This document shows positions 27,327 through 36,797 of a DNA stretch of 64,000 bases, in pieces (positions within the stretch are counted from its first letter, which is position 1; every line of letters starts with the position of its first letter). Under the pieces are notes generated by a model. It was given only the letters and a program-made list of their open reading frames with translations. It did not search any database and was not told the DNA's origin. Source of the DNA: Gemmatimonadota bacterium (GTDB taxonomy: Bacteria; Gemmatimonadota; Gemmatimonadetes; Gemmatimonadales; Gemmatimonadaceae); NCBI GenBank assembly GCA_040389905.1, contig JAZJZK010000007.1, forward strand, positions 265,105-329,104. The letters run 5' to 3'. The translations under genes were made by a program, and so were the position numbers.

Positions 27327-28982
27327 ATGGTCACGACTCGAGGATTGGTTGGTGCCACTGTGGCGCTCATCGCCATCGCGGTGAGTCCCCTCATGTTGTC
27401 GGCGCAGCGAATCCAGGGGACCATTCGAGACAGTGCGAGCGTGCGCCCCATATCCGGTGCGGTGGTCGCCCTCCTCGATTCACTCGGCAATACCCTCGCG
27501 AGAGGAACGACGGACGACCGAGGGCAGTACACGCTCGTCGCAACGCCAGAGGCGCGTCAGCTTCGCGTGGTACGCATCGGCTTTCGTCCGCAGCTGACGA
27601 CGATCCCTCGCGGTCTGCGGGCGGACGTCTCGCTCGTACCGATCCCCTTTCTCCTGGCGGAGCAGCGCGTTATCGCCGCCTCGAACTGTCCCTCGCGGGG
27701 CGATCGCGCGGCCGCACTCTCACTCCTTGAGCATGTTCGCGCCGGCCTGCTCGCGACGGTGGTCGCGAGGTCTCAGAACACTGCGAACATGACTCGGCTG
27801 CTGTTCGAACGCCGGATGGAGGGTAGCGGCGATCGTGTGGTGAGTCAGGCCGTCCGCCGAAGGAGCGGCACGGCAAACGCCACACCATTTGGCGCCGCCC
27901 GCAATGCTGCATCGTTTGTCCGCGAAGGATTCAGGGAAGACAGCGTCGGCGCACAGACGTTCTACGGGCCCGACGCCGAAACCCTTATCGATGAAGACTT
28001 CGCGCGCGGTTACTGTTTTCACGTGAAGGACGCTGATGGGGCGCGTCCGCATCAGGTGGGACTCGGATTCGCAGCCACTGAACATCGTAATGGAAGGATC
28101 GACATAGCCGGCGCGCTCTGGGTGGATACGCTTGCGCGGGCGCTGCGCGAGCTCGACTTCTCCTATGTCGGACTTGATTCACGAACGAGCGCGCTGAGAC
28201 CTGGCGGAGAGGTCGTTTTCGGGGAACTCCCAAATGGAATGGCGCTCGCGGTGCGCTGGTCCCTTCGCCTCGTGAGCGGACGGCAAGAGGCGGGAGGCAT
28301 GATGCTCACCAACTCGGGCGCGGTCTCCGGCGGAAGGACATCGCGCCTTTACGTTAACGAGATCGGCGGCGAATTGGCACGCGTGGCGTGGCTCGACGGC
28401 CGAACATGGACGGCGCCACTCGGAACGTTCCGGCTACGCGCGCGCACGAAGCGAGGCAAGCCTGCTGCCGGCGCGCTGGTGCAGCTCGAGGGCACCGACT
28501 CGCAAGGCGTCGCCGATTCCACGGGACTCGTGACGATCGGTGAATTGCTCCCTGGACCCTACGCGATCTTCATTGTCGATCCGCGGTTGTCGGCGCTGGA
28601 TCTGCTTCTCTCAAGCTCATCGAAAGCGACGGCGACCCGGGATTCGGTGACCGATGCGACTCTGGACGTCGAGTCGGCCGAGGACTTCGTGGCCGATCGG
28701 TGCGAACGTGATCAGCGCATTACCGGCGGCGCGTGGATCCTCGGGCGCGTCGTCGCACGGGACGGAAAGCCAGTTGGTGAAGCGCGCTGGGTCATCAACG
28801 ATGAATTCGGGTCGCGACTCGTCGAGGGAGGCCGAGTCGGCGGGGATGGCCTGTTTCACTGGTGCCAGCTCCCGCTCGACAAGCGGGTCGAGATCGAGGC
28901 GTGGCTGGGCGACAGACGCGTCAAGGCAAATCGTGTGCTGGCGGAAAACCTTACCATCATCCGCCTCGAGTTGCCCATGTAG
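27327..28982 (+). CDS. Secreted protein with repeated carboxypeptidase-regulatory-like domains
   Basis: Signal peptide (GATVALIAIAVSPLMLSAQ), then IQGTIRDS..PISGAVVALLDSLGN..TTDDRGQYTL. Similar modules near residues ~400 and ~490. Confidence 0.75.
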   Translation: MVTTRGLVGATVALIAIAVSPLMLSAQRIQGTIRDSASVRPISGAVVALLDSLGNTLARGTTDDRGQYTLVATPEARQLRVVRIGFRPQLTTIPRGLRADVSLVPIPFLLAEQRVIAASNCPSRGDRAAALSLLEHVRAGLLATVVARSQNTANMTRLLFERRMEGSGDRVVSQAVRRRSGTANATPFGAARNAASFVREGFREDSVGAQTFYGPDAETLIDEDFARGYCFHVKDADGARPHQVGLGFAATEHRNGRIDIAGALWVDTLARALRELDFSYVGLDSRTSALRPGGEVVFGELPNGMALAVRWSLRLVSGRQEAGGMMLTNSGAVSGGRTSRLYVNEIGGELARVAWLDGRTWTAPLGTFRLRARTKRGKPAAGALVQLEGTDSQGVADSTGLVTIGELLPGPYAIFIVDPRLSALDLLLSSSSKATATRDSVTDATLDVESAEDFVADRCERDQRITGGAWILGRVVARDGKPVGEARWVINDEFGSRLVEGGRVGGDGLFHWCQLPLDKRVEIEAWLGDRRVKANRVLAENLTIIRLELPM

Positions 28983-29235
28983 GCAGGCGGGCACGGTCGC
29001 CGGTGGGTTCGACGCCAAACGCGTGGTGGCGTCGAATGGGCAAGGACGCCTGTGTACAAGGTGCAGACTCTATCCGATGCTCGTCCGTGCAAAGGGTAAC
29101 GGTGTCACCGACGCCACGGCGTACGCAGGGGCGCTTTAGGCAGCATGGCGTACGTCTCGGCAAACGACTTTTCCACGGTGTTGCATGTCTTTCAGCTCAG
29201 CGCAGTGGAGCTGAAGGCACTCTTCCCGTTGCGTC

Positions 29236-29874
29236 ATGCACGCGGACGCATGGCACCGTGAACGTGCAATATTCCGGCGCGCATGTAGATCGCCGATACT
29301 GTCGGCTGGTCTCGCGGTCGATCAAGCGGGCTTTGAGTTTTTCTCATCCTCCTTTTCTGGTTACTTCGGCATCAGCCGCTACTCGGGCTCCAATACCACG
29401 CCCGATTTCACCTTCGGAGGCGGGTTCATCACCACGCCGGGCGCGTTGGCCTTCGGCCCCGATGGATTCCTGTACATGATCGACTCCGGCCTCGGCAAGG
29501 TCCTCGGCTTCAACACGAACGACGGAAGCCTGCAGAACTCGTTCTCCCTCGCTGACGCGGCGAATGAAGCGACGCTGGTCATTGGTCCTGATGGCCGAGT
29601 GTACACCGCAAACGGAAACGGCGGGGGCTACGTGTACGACTCGGGCACCGGCGCCACCCTTGGCGCTTACGGCGCGGACAATCCGCAATACGATTCACCC
29701 GCGCGCGCGGCCATGATGATGGACTCGAATGGCTATCTCTACGTGACCGATCAAACGGGCGTCTACGTGTTCAATACGGACGGGCCAACGAGCACTCCAG
29801 AACCGTCGTCACTCCTGCTGATAGGCACAGCGTTGGCGGCGGGCGTCACTTGGAGACGGCGCCACCGCCACTAA
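29236..29874 (+). CDS. PEP-CTERM domain protein with NHL/beta-propeller-like repeats (5' end doubtful)
   Basis: C-terminus PEPSSLLLIGTALAAGVTWRRRHRH (PEP motif, TM, basic tail). Repeats GPDGFLYMIDSG.., GPDGRVYTANG.., DSNGYLYVTDQTG... No signal peptide in any frame upstream. Confidence 0.6.
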   Translation: MHADAWHRERAIFRRACRSPILSAGLAVDQAGFEFFSSSFSGYFGISRYSGSNTTPDFTFGGGFITTPGALAFGPDGFLYMIDSGLGKVLGFNTNDGSLQNSFSLADAANEATLVIGPDGRVYTANGNGGGYVYDSGTGATLGAYGADNPQYDSPARAAMMMDSNGYLYVTDQTGVYVFNTDGPTSTPEPSSLLLIGTALAAGVTWRRRHRH

Positions 29875-31255
29875 TGGTTTCGCGTATTCGAACTGTCTTG
29901 ATGTTCATGAATTCGCGCATGCCAACGTCCGCAAGCTCACGGCCATAGCCTGACGATTTTACTCCGCCAAACGGAAACCGGGGGTCCGATGCCACCATCT
30001 CATTCACGAACACGCTTCCGCTGTCGATCTCGCGAATGAAGCGCTCCCGCTCTCCCGAGTCGGTGGTCCACACACTCGCCGCGAGCCCGAAGCGTGTGTC
30101 GTTTGCAATACGAATGGCGTCGTCAATGTCATCGACGACGAACACGCAACCAACAGGTCCGAACAGTTCTTCCCTGTAGGCGGGCGAATCAGCCGGGATA
30201 TCAGTGAGCACGGTCGCGGGAAAGTAGGCGGAGTCCTCGCGCTCTCGTGCGCCGCCACAGAGAAGCCGCGCTCCGCGCTGAACAGAGCGCGCGACCTGTT
30301 CTTCCAACTCTGCGGCAAGGGTAACGGTCGCAAGTGGTCCGAGTTGCGTTTTCGGAGACACCGGATCGCCGACGGCCAAGGCGCTCATGCCCGCTGTAAA
30401 CACGCGCGTGAAGTCTTCGGCAACGTCGCGATGCACGATGAAGCGCTTGGCGGCAATGCAACTCTGTCCATTGTTGATCGTGCGCGCCTTCACCGCCGTC
30501 TCCGCAGCGAGCGCAATGTTGGCGCTCGGCATGACGATGAATGGATCGCTCCCACCCAATTCGAGCACACACTTCTTGAGCGCCTTGCCGGCCGTCGCTG
30601 CGACGCTGCGCCCGGCGCCCTCGCTACCGGTCAGTGTCACGGCAGCCACTCGGGAGTCGAGGATGACCTCCGCCACCGCCTCGCTCCCGATCATCAGCGT
30701 CTGAAAAACACCGTCGGGCGCACCCGCACGGCGAAGTAACGACTCGAGTTCCAGCGCGCACTGCGGCACATTCGACGCGTGCTTCAGCAGACCAACATTT
30801 CCCGCGACGAGCGCAGGCGCGAGGAAGCGAACGACTTGCCAGAAGGGAAAATTCCACGGCATGATCGCGAGCACCACGCCCAGTGGATCGTAGGCGATGA
30901 ACGACTCGTGATCGGCGTCCATCACGCGTTGGTCCGTCAGAAACGATGGGCCGTGCTCCGCATAGTAGCGGCACGCGAGCGCACACTTCTCCGCCTCGGC
31001 CACTGCGGCTCGGATTGGCTTCCCCATCTCGAGGGTCATCAGTTTTCCGAGACGCTCCTTCTCGTCGTCGAGGAGTTCGGCGACGCGACGCACAACGTCC
31101 ACGCGCTCGTTTACCGGCGTGCGTCTCCAGGCGTGCGCCGCAGTCGCGGCCAGCGCCAGTCGGTGCTCGACGTCGGAGTCGGCGTGCCCGCTGATCTCCG
31201 CGAGCAGTTCGCCAGTGGCAGGATTGACAGAGCGAAAGTGCGTCGCTTTCGACAA
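29846..31255 (-). CDS. NAD(P)-dependent aldehyde dehydrogenase (succinate-semialdehyde dehydrogenase-like)
   Basis: ALDH motifs VLELGGSDPFIV (catalytic Glu) and NNGQSCIAAKR (catalytic Cys). Confidence 0.88.
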   Translation of the reverse strand: MSKATHFRSVNPATGELLAEISGHADSDVEHRLALAATAAHAWRRTPVNERVDVVRRVAELLDDEKERLGKLMTLEMGKPIRAAVAEAEKCALACRYYAEHGPSFLTDQRVMDADHESFIAYDPLGVVLAIMPWNFPFWQVVRFLAPALVAGNVGLLKHASNVPQCALELESLLRRAGAPDGVFQTLMIGSEAVAEVILDSRVAAVTLTGSEGAGRSVAATAGKALKKCVLELGGSDPFIVMPSANIALAAETAVKARTINNGQSCIAAKRFIVHRDVAEDFTRVFTAGMSALAVGDPVSPKTQLGPLATVTLAAELEEQVARSVQRGARLLCGGAREREDSAYFPATVLTDIPADSPAYREELFGPVGCVFVVDDIDDAIRIANDTRFGLAASVWTTDSGERERFIREIDSGSVFVNEMVASDPRFPFGGVKSSGYGRELADVGMREFMNIKTVRIRETISGGGAVSK

Positions 31256-31260
31256 ATCAC

Positions 31261-31740
31261 TTACTCCTTGCGATAGACGGACTGCCAGCCGTGTGAGAGC
31301 GCGCCGATGCCCGCGCCGAGCAGAGCAGAAGGTACGCCAACGAGAGCTGCACCGTAGGCCGTGACCTCCACGAACTCAATGGTGTTGTGGCAATTATGGT
31401 TGCAGTAGACGTTGAAAAGGAGAGCGCTGAGCACCGCGCCGACGACCCCGCCAGTTATTCCACCAATCCTTGCGCCCTTCGCCCACTGATTGCCTTGTCG
31501 CGAAACAACATTGATGTCCCGGAGTGCGACCTGGCGTGTCGTATCCGACTCGGCAAGCCGGACCGAATCCGCAGATGAGCCGAGGAGTCGTCCCTCGTGA
31601 ATGCCCTTCGTTTCGAGGCGGAGCAAGTCGCCGGGGCGCTGTGCGGTGATCGTGGCGACCAGCCGTGGATCGATGACAAGCTGTGCCGCGGCTGGTGCGG
31701 AGATCGTGGCGAGCAGGGCCAAGACAAGGAACGTTCTCAT
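31261..31740 (-). CDS. Hypothetical exported protein with glycine-zipper C-terminus
   Basis: Signal peptide MRTFLVLALLATISAPAAAQ and glycine-zipper GGITGGVVGAVLSALL...GAGIGAL. Confidence 0.65.
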   Translation of the reverse strand: MRTFLVLALLATISAPAAAQLVIDPRLVATITAQRPGDLLRLETKGIHEGRLLGSSADSVRLAESDTTRQVALRDINVVSRQGNQWAKGARIGGITGGVVGAVLSALLFNVYCNHNCHNTIEFVEVTAYGAALVGVPSALLGAGIGALSHGWQSVYRKE

Positions 31741-31847
31741 TTATCGCTCTCGGTGTGTTTCACTGTAACGCGTCACCGCGGGCGATATCGGCTCACGGGA
31801 ATGTCACAGCCGCGAGCACGCGAACCAAAACGAGCGGAACTGCCACT

Positions 31848-32135
31848 TCACAGCCACGCGCGCATGGCGCGCACGAACCACACCAGGGCATCCCACGTCC
31901 CACCGAGGAGGCGTTTCGCGGCAACCTTGTCCGTCGCGCTGAGTACGACGCCAACTGCAGCGACACCCACAACGGCTCGTACGATCGTGCCCTTGATGTG
32001 AACGCGCGAGCCGGCGCTGTCCGGGGCTATTACGCTCGAGTCAGGTATCGATGGTTGCGGGCCCGTCTGCTGGGCATACGCCGGCGCCGACGCGAGCAGC
32101 AGCAATCCGATACACGCCATTTTCCATTTCGTCAT
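31848..32135 (-). CDS. Hypothetical small exported/membrane protein
   Basis: Signal peptide MACIGLLLLASAPAYAQ and a hydrophobic segment AVVGVAAVGVVL. Confidence 0.55.
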   Translation of the reverse strand: MTKWKMACIGLLLLASAPAYAQQTGPQPSIPDSSVIAPDSAGSRVHIKGTIVRAVVGVAAVGVVLSATDKVAAKRLLGGTWDALVWFVRAMRAWL

Positions 32136-32186
32136 TTCGCGCTCCGTGTTGTTTCCACGTAACGCGTGATGAGGCGCGGCTTTGGC

Positions 32187-34013
32187 TCAGCCGGGCATTT
32201 CCCCCAGCCCCTCTTCGCGCCACCAGCCGTCGACTCCTTCCTCGGCGCCGAAGATGCGCTTCCACCACGGAACGCGACGCTCACGCTCGAGCACCGCGCC
32301 AGCGGCGACGCGCCACGACTCCTGCATGGCCTGCGCGTCTGGGAAGCGCGCCTCGGCGTCAGGAGACAGTCCGCGCTTGAGCCATTCGCCGATCTCGGGC
32401 GCAACGCGGCTGACGTCCAATTCGCCGGACAGCTCGCGCGCGAGAATCACCTTGCTCTCGGCATCGCCAAATGGCGGCGCGCCGGTGAGCACAAACGCGA
32501 CAATCGCCGCGAGCGAGAAGCAGTCGGCGGCCGCTTCCTGGGGTTCGCCAAGGAGCTGCTCCGGGGGTGAAAACGCCGGTGTTCCGGAGGCGCCGGTCGG
32601 CTCCTCACCGCCGGGGTTCGCGATGCCGAAGTCGGCAACCCGCCAACGGCGATAGCGATCGATGAGAATGTTTTCCGGCTTGAGATCGCGATGCACGATT
32701 CCAATGGCGTGCGCAGCAGCGAGTCCGCTGAGCACGCTGTCGATCTGCGGTGCAACCTCAGCGAGCGTGCGCGCACCGGCACGCGCCACCAGGTCGGCGA
32801 CCGACCCGCCTTCCGCGAGCTCCATCGTGTACCACGCGACATCGCCACGGCTGTCCCAATCATAGATCGGGACGATGGACGGATGCGCGAGCTGCGCGGC
32901 CAGTCGCGCCTCGCGGCGAAATCTGCCAACCGCGCGCTCGTCTCTCGCGACATGCTGGTGCAACAGTTTCAATGCGACCTCTCGGCCCAATGAGAGATCG
33001 CGAACTCGCCAGACGGAGCCGAACGTGCCGGACCCGAGTGGCGCGAGGACTTCGTAGTCATCACCAAGCGCCCAGCGCAGCCGCACTTCGGGCGACTCGC
33101 GCGACGCCGCCGTGTGCTCACCGCTGAGCGTGAGCACGGTGCGGCTTCCGAGAATGCGATCCATCGCGCGGACCATGGCAGCAACGGATCCGAAGCGCTT
33201 GTCGGGGTCCGCCGACAGCGCCCGATCGATGACGTTCGATACCGACGGTGGAATGTCAGGCCGCACAAGTGAGGTGGGCGGAATGTCGTCGCGCGGCGGC
33301 GACTCCCCGGTCAGTGCATGAAAGCAGAGGGCGCCCAGCTGCCATTGATCGCTCAGGTACGTTGGCGACCAACCATCGCCCCACTCGGGAGGTAGTGGCA
33401 TCCCCGTGGTATCCGGCGCGAGCGAATCCGGAATCGTGGCGAGCGGTACCGCCCACTGCCAGCCGAGCAGCCACAGGCGGCCCATGGGCGTGGACCACAC
33501 ATTGTGGACCGAAAGGGCACCGTGGGTGCTGCCCGCGTCGTGCAGATACGAGAGCGTCGAACCGATTTCCCGCATGACGCGGAGCACCGCAGGGACGTCC
33601 TCGGCGCCTGCGCGCCCCAGGCGGGCGCCAACGGTTTCGCCGGCAATCCAGCGGCGCAGATATCCTGGACCGCGCCGGCTCTCCGCATACGTGGCCCAAT
33701 AGTGATACGTCGTGGGGACCGCCGGATGATTCCGGTGGGCCAACGCTCTCGCCTCGGCCTCGAGCCACGCCGCGTGGTCAGGCGCAGGTGCCGTGACGAG
33801 CGATAGCGACCGGCCAAGCGCGTCGATGACTTCCTGAAGATGCCGGTATTGGTGCCACAATCCCTCGGACCCCCAGTTCCATCCCGGCGGCAACTGCCAC
33901 TCCGCGAGATGCTCGGGGAGCGCGTTGGAAACACGGTGGACCTCGCCGGTCGAGCGAAGTGGGCGTTCCGTCGCGGAACGAGTGCGGGCCGCCGGGGCAG
34001 TCGTACGAGTCAC
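32187..34013 (-). CDS. Ser/Thr protein kinase with an N-terminal degenerate (pseudo)kinase domain
   Basis: C-terminal half has GSGTFGSVW, VALK, HRDLKPENIL, DFGIA and TPAFSPPE. The N-terminal half has kinase-like spacing, but HGALSVHN replaces HRDLKPEN and LLGWQWA replaces DFG. Confidence 0.85.
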   Translation of the reverse strand: MTRTTAPAARTRSATERPLRSTGEVHRVSNALPEHLAEWQLPPGWNWGSEGLWHQYRHLQEVIDALGRSLSLVTAPAPDHAAWLEAEARALAHRNHPAVPTTYHYWATYAESRRGPGYLRRWIAGETVGARLGRAGAEDVPAVLRVMREIGSTLSYLHDAGSTHGALSVHNVWSTPMGRLWLLGWQWAVPLATIPDSLAPDTTGMPLPPEWGDGWSPTYLSDQWQLGALCFHALTGESPPRDDIPPTSLVRPDIPPSVSNVIDRALSADPDKRFGSVAAMVRAMDRILGSRTVLTLSGEHTAASRESPEVRLRWALGDDYEVLAPLGSGTFGSVWRVRDLSLGREVALKLLHQHVARDERAVGRFRREARLAAQLAHPSIVPIYDWDSRGDVAWYTMELAEGGSVADLVARAGARTLAEVAPQIDSVLSGLAAAHAIGIVHRDLKPENILIDRYRRWRVADFGIANPGGEEPTGASGTPAFSPPEQLLGEPQEAAADCFSLAAIVAFVLTGAPPFGDAESKVILARELSGELDVSRVAPEIGEWLKRGLSPDAEARFPDAQAMQESWRVAAGAVLERERRVPWWKRIFGAEEGVDGWWREEGLGEMPG

Positions 34014-34065
34014 GACGTCAAACTAGCGGGCGCATCGCTCGTGAGAGAGTGCTCGGAGGCCCACA

Positions 34066-34500
34066 TCACATTCGTGACTCAGCGAGCACTTCCTCGGCGG
34101 CGTGGTGGAACGCAGGCAGCAGCGAAACGTCGGGAAGGACACTGACCTCGACGGTGCGTACGCGCAGTGGCTCTCCGCCGAGGGGTGCGGCGGATTGGAG
34201 GGAGGGCACATGCAGCGTGACGGCAACGATGCGCCACATCGTACTCGGGCGCGACATCGTGCCGTCGCTTTCCACGGTATCGAGCTGGAGCACTTCGCCA
34301 CGCGATGGAATCACTGCGCTCTGACACTCGGCGAGAAGCTGCTCGTTGCGGTCGTGGCGGGTGACGCGAAGCGTGATCATGCCGTCATCATGCAGTTGAG
34401 GTTGGCCCAAGTTAAGCGTGAGAGATGGCGCAGAGCCAGCACGCGAGCAAGAATACAGTGCGAAACCAACGACGTTCATACCGCGTACGGATGACTGCAC
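34066..34500 (-). CDS. Hypothetical protein upstream of the kinase
   Basis: Moderate codon-position-3 G/C bias, no recognisable motif, start uncertain. Confidence 0.4.
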   Translation of the reverse strand: MQSSVRGMNVVGFALYSCSRAGSAPSLTLNLGQPQLHDDGMITLRVTRHDRNEQLLAECQSAVIPSRGEVLQLDTVESDGTMSRPSTMWRIVAVTLHVPSLQSAAPLGGEPLRVRTVEVSVLPDVSLLPAFHHAAEEVLAESRM

Positions 34501-34521
34501 CCCGAACAGGACGAGGTTCCC

Positions 34522-34800
34522 ATGTGGTTCATTCTGAGTTTTGCCATTTCGACGGTAGTGGGCATCTTCGCCTATGCACAGGCGCGCAATTTCGTGACGC
34601 GCCGCCTTCGGTACGTTGACGCGGTTCAGTCCGGTCTCGCACCAATCATTGCCGGTGTGGTCGTCGCGGTCATCTGCCTGCCCATCGTGGGGCTTCTCCC
34701 ACTGGTTGGCGTCGGTACGGCGCTGACGCTCGGTTTGGCGGTCGGTGCGGGCGTTGCGGCTGGAGCGCGCGACGTACGCAACAAGCTTCCGGGGTACTGA
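34522..34800 (+). CDS. Hypothetical small membrane protein
   Basis: Three hydrophobic segments including a glycine-zipper-like GLAVGAGVAAGA. Confidence 0.55.
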   Translation: MWFILSFAISTVVGIFAYAQARNFVTRRLRYVDAVQSGLAPIIAGVVVAVICLPIVGLLPLVGVGTALTLGLAVGAGVAAGARDVRNKLPGY

Positions 34801-34849
34801 TCAGCGAGACAGGTCGCCACTCGGAGTGAGGTCACGGCTGTGGTATGCG

Positions 34850-35004
34850 CCGGACATCAGCTATGTCAGGTGCTCAGTAGCCAGCCGCAGCCAACAGTTG
34901 ATCAGAGGGTGTGGCGCTCTGGTGCGATGCGCCCGTTACGCCGCACCCCCTGATAGTCTGATAACTGCGGCTGATCACTGAGCACCTGTCACATCTGCGG
35001 CCGG
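34850..35004. repeat. ~155-nt imperfect long hairpin (MITE- or sRNA-like)
   Basis: Arm 34850-34890 is an imperfect reverse complement of 34965-35004 (shared CAGGTGCTCAGT and AGCCGCAG cores). An inner pair ATCAGAGGGTGTGGCG / CGCCGCACCCCCTGAT also pairs. Confidence 0.7.
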
Positions 35005-35105
35005 TACGCAGAAGCCTGGTCAACCCGATCTCACGGTCGCAGCACCGCTACTTTTCCCTGATGCCATCGACCGCGACCCGCGTACGAACTGACGTGCGAG
35101 TATAA

Positions 35106-36614
35106 GTGCGCCTTTTCGTCATCCTGTATCGGCTCGGCCCGATCGCGATCGCATTCTGGCGCGACTATCGTCGGTGGCTGTTTTTCGGGGCTCCCGCGCG
35201 TCGCACTGACGCCGATCACGAACGCAGGGCGCAGCGGCTCGTCGTGGAGCTCGCGGCACTCGGGCCGACCTTCGTGAAGGGGGCGCAAGTCTTCGCGGGT
35301 CGCTCGGACATTCTCTCGGTGACGTACGCGAAGGCGCTGACGAGTCTCACCGACCGCGTGCCCGCCATTCCTGTCGAGGACGTCGAGCGCATCATCATCC
35401 AGGAGTACGGCACACGCGCCGAGGACTTGTTCGAGCGCTTCGATCGCACGCCGCTCGCCGCGGCGTCACTGGGGCAGGTGCATCGCGCGCGATACGACGG
35501 CGAGGAGGTGGTGATCAAGGTGCTCCGGCCCGGCGTCGAAGCCCTGGTGGCCAAGGACGTCAAGGCCGCGAAGCAGATTGTGCGCGTCGTCGAACGGTGG
35601 TGGCCCAACCCACACGTCATCGGGACACGTGTCGTGATCGAGGAGTTCTCGATTCGCGTACTGGAAGAGATGGATTTCCGGATGGAGGCGGCGCACGCGG
35701 TTTCCATCCGCGGCAATTTCGCCGGGTCCAGCGCGGTGTGGATTCCGCGCGTGATCGCGCCGATGGTTCGGCAGCGCGCACTCGTACTCGAGTACTGCCC
35801 CGGCCGGCGCATTGACCAACTCGAGGAGTGGGTGACCAGCGGGCGCGTCGAGCCGCAGGAACTCGTTCGCGAAGTGATGGAACTCTATGCGCGGATGATG
35901 CTCGTGCATGGACTGTTTCACGCAGACCCGCATCCAGGGAACATGCACGTCGCGGCTGATGGCAGAATCATCCTGCTCGACTTTGGCATGGTCGTGCGGG
36001 TGCCGTTGGAGCTCCGGCGCGAACTGGTGCAGGCGATCTTCGCAGCCATTCGCCGAGATGCGCCGGCGCTGTCCGACAGCTTTTACCGTCTTGGGCTCGT
36101 GGCTACGGGCGCCGATCCAACGGTGATCCGCCAACTGGCGTCGACGCTGCTCTCGCTCGCCGACCAACGCACCACCACGCGCGAACGGGTTCAACGGCTG
36201 GCCGACGAAGTCCTGACGACGATTTACGACTGGCCAATCGTGCTGCCCAGCCAGCTCGTGTACTTCGCACGGACGGCATCGTTGATCGAGGGGCTTGGCA
36301 ACCACTACGATACGCACTTCAACGCGCTGGCATTTGCCACGCCGATCGCTCTCTCGTTGCGCGGCCCTATCCTCGCCTCGCTCTATCCAGACGGAGATGG
36401 CCCGTCGTTCGATGCGGCGCGCGTTGTCGGTGCCGCGTTGGGTGCTGTCGTGCGTATCGTCAAACAGGCCTCGCTCGACGTCTTCGGTGCGATCCGGGAC
36501 GCGATTGCCGTTGCCTCGATACCGACTCCCCAGCCGCTCACCACTGAGGTCGTTCGAACGAACGGCGGCGCGATCGCTTACACGACCCAAAAGAAAATCT
36601 CCGCAGATCACTAG
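35106..36614 (+). CDS. ABC1/UbiB family atypical kinase
   Basis: ABC1 domain (PLAAASLGQVHRARYDGEEVVIKVLRPGV ... FHADPHPGNM ... LLDFGM). Confidence 0.85.
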   Translation: MRLFVILYRLGPIAIAFWRDYRRWLFFGAPARRTDADHERRAQRLVVELAALGPTFVKGAQVFAGRSDILSVTYAKALTSLTDRVPAIPVEDVERIIIQEYGTRAEDLFERFDRTPLAAASLGQVHRARYDGEEVVIKVLRPGVEALVAKDVKAAKQIVRVVERWWPNPHVIGTRVVIEEFSIRVLEEMDFRMEAAHAVSIRGNFAGSSAVWIPRVIAPMVRQRALVLEYCPGRRIDQLEEWVTSGRVEPQELVREVMELYARMMLVHGLFHADPHPGNMHVAADGRIILLDFGMVVRVPLELRRELVQAIFAAIRRDAPALSDSFYRLGLVATGADPTVIRQLASTLLSLADQRTTTRERVQRLADEVLTTIYDWPIVLPSQLVYFARTASLIEGLGNHYDTHFNALAFATPIALSLRGPILASLYPDGDGPSFDAARVVGAALGAVVRIVKQASLDVFGAIRDAIAVASIPTPQPLTTEVVRTNGGAIAYTTQKKISADH

Positions 36615-36660
36615 TGGATCAGCGGCGATATTGGAACTGCGGAACAGCAATAGCAATTAA

Positions 36661-36733
36661 CCACCAGAGGACACAGAGGACACGGAGAATTGCCTGAGCA
36701 GTTTGTTCTCTGTGTCCTCTGTGTCCTCTGTGG
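36661..36733. terminator. Bidirectional terminator-like hairpin built from GAGGACACA tandem repeats
   Basis: CCACCAGAGGACACAGAGGACACGGAGAA (36661-36689) pairs with TTCTCTGTGTCCTCTGTGTCCTCTGTGG (36706-36733). Lies between convergent genes. Confidence 0.55.
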
Positions 36734-36797
36734 TTAAGGCTTTGTTTCTGCAGTCAGGGGCTTTGTTTCTGTGGTTACAGCTTTGTCGTGGCCGATC

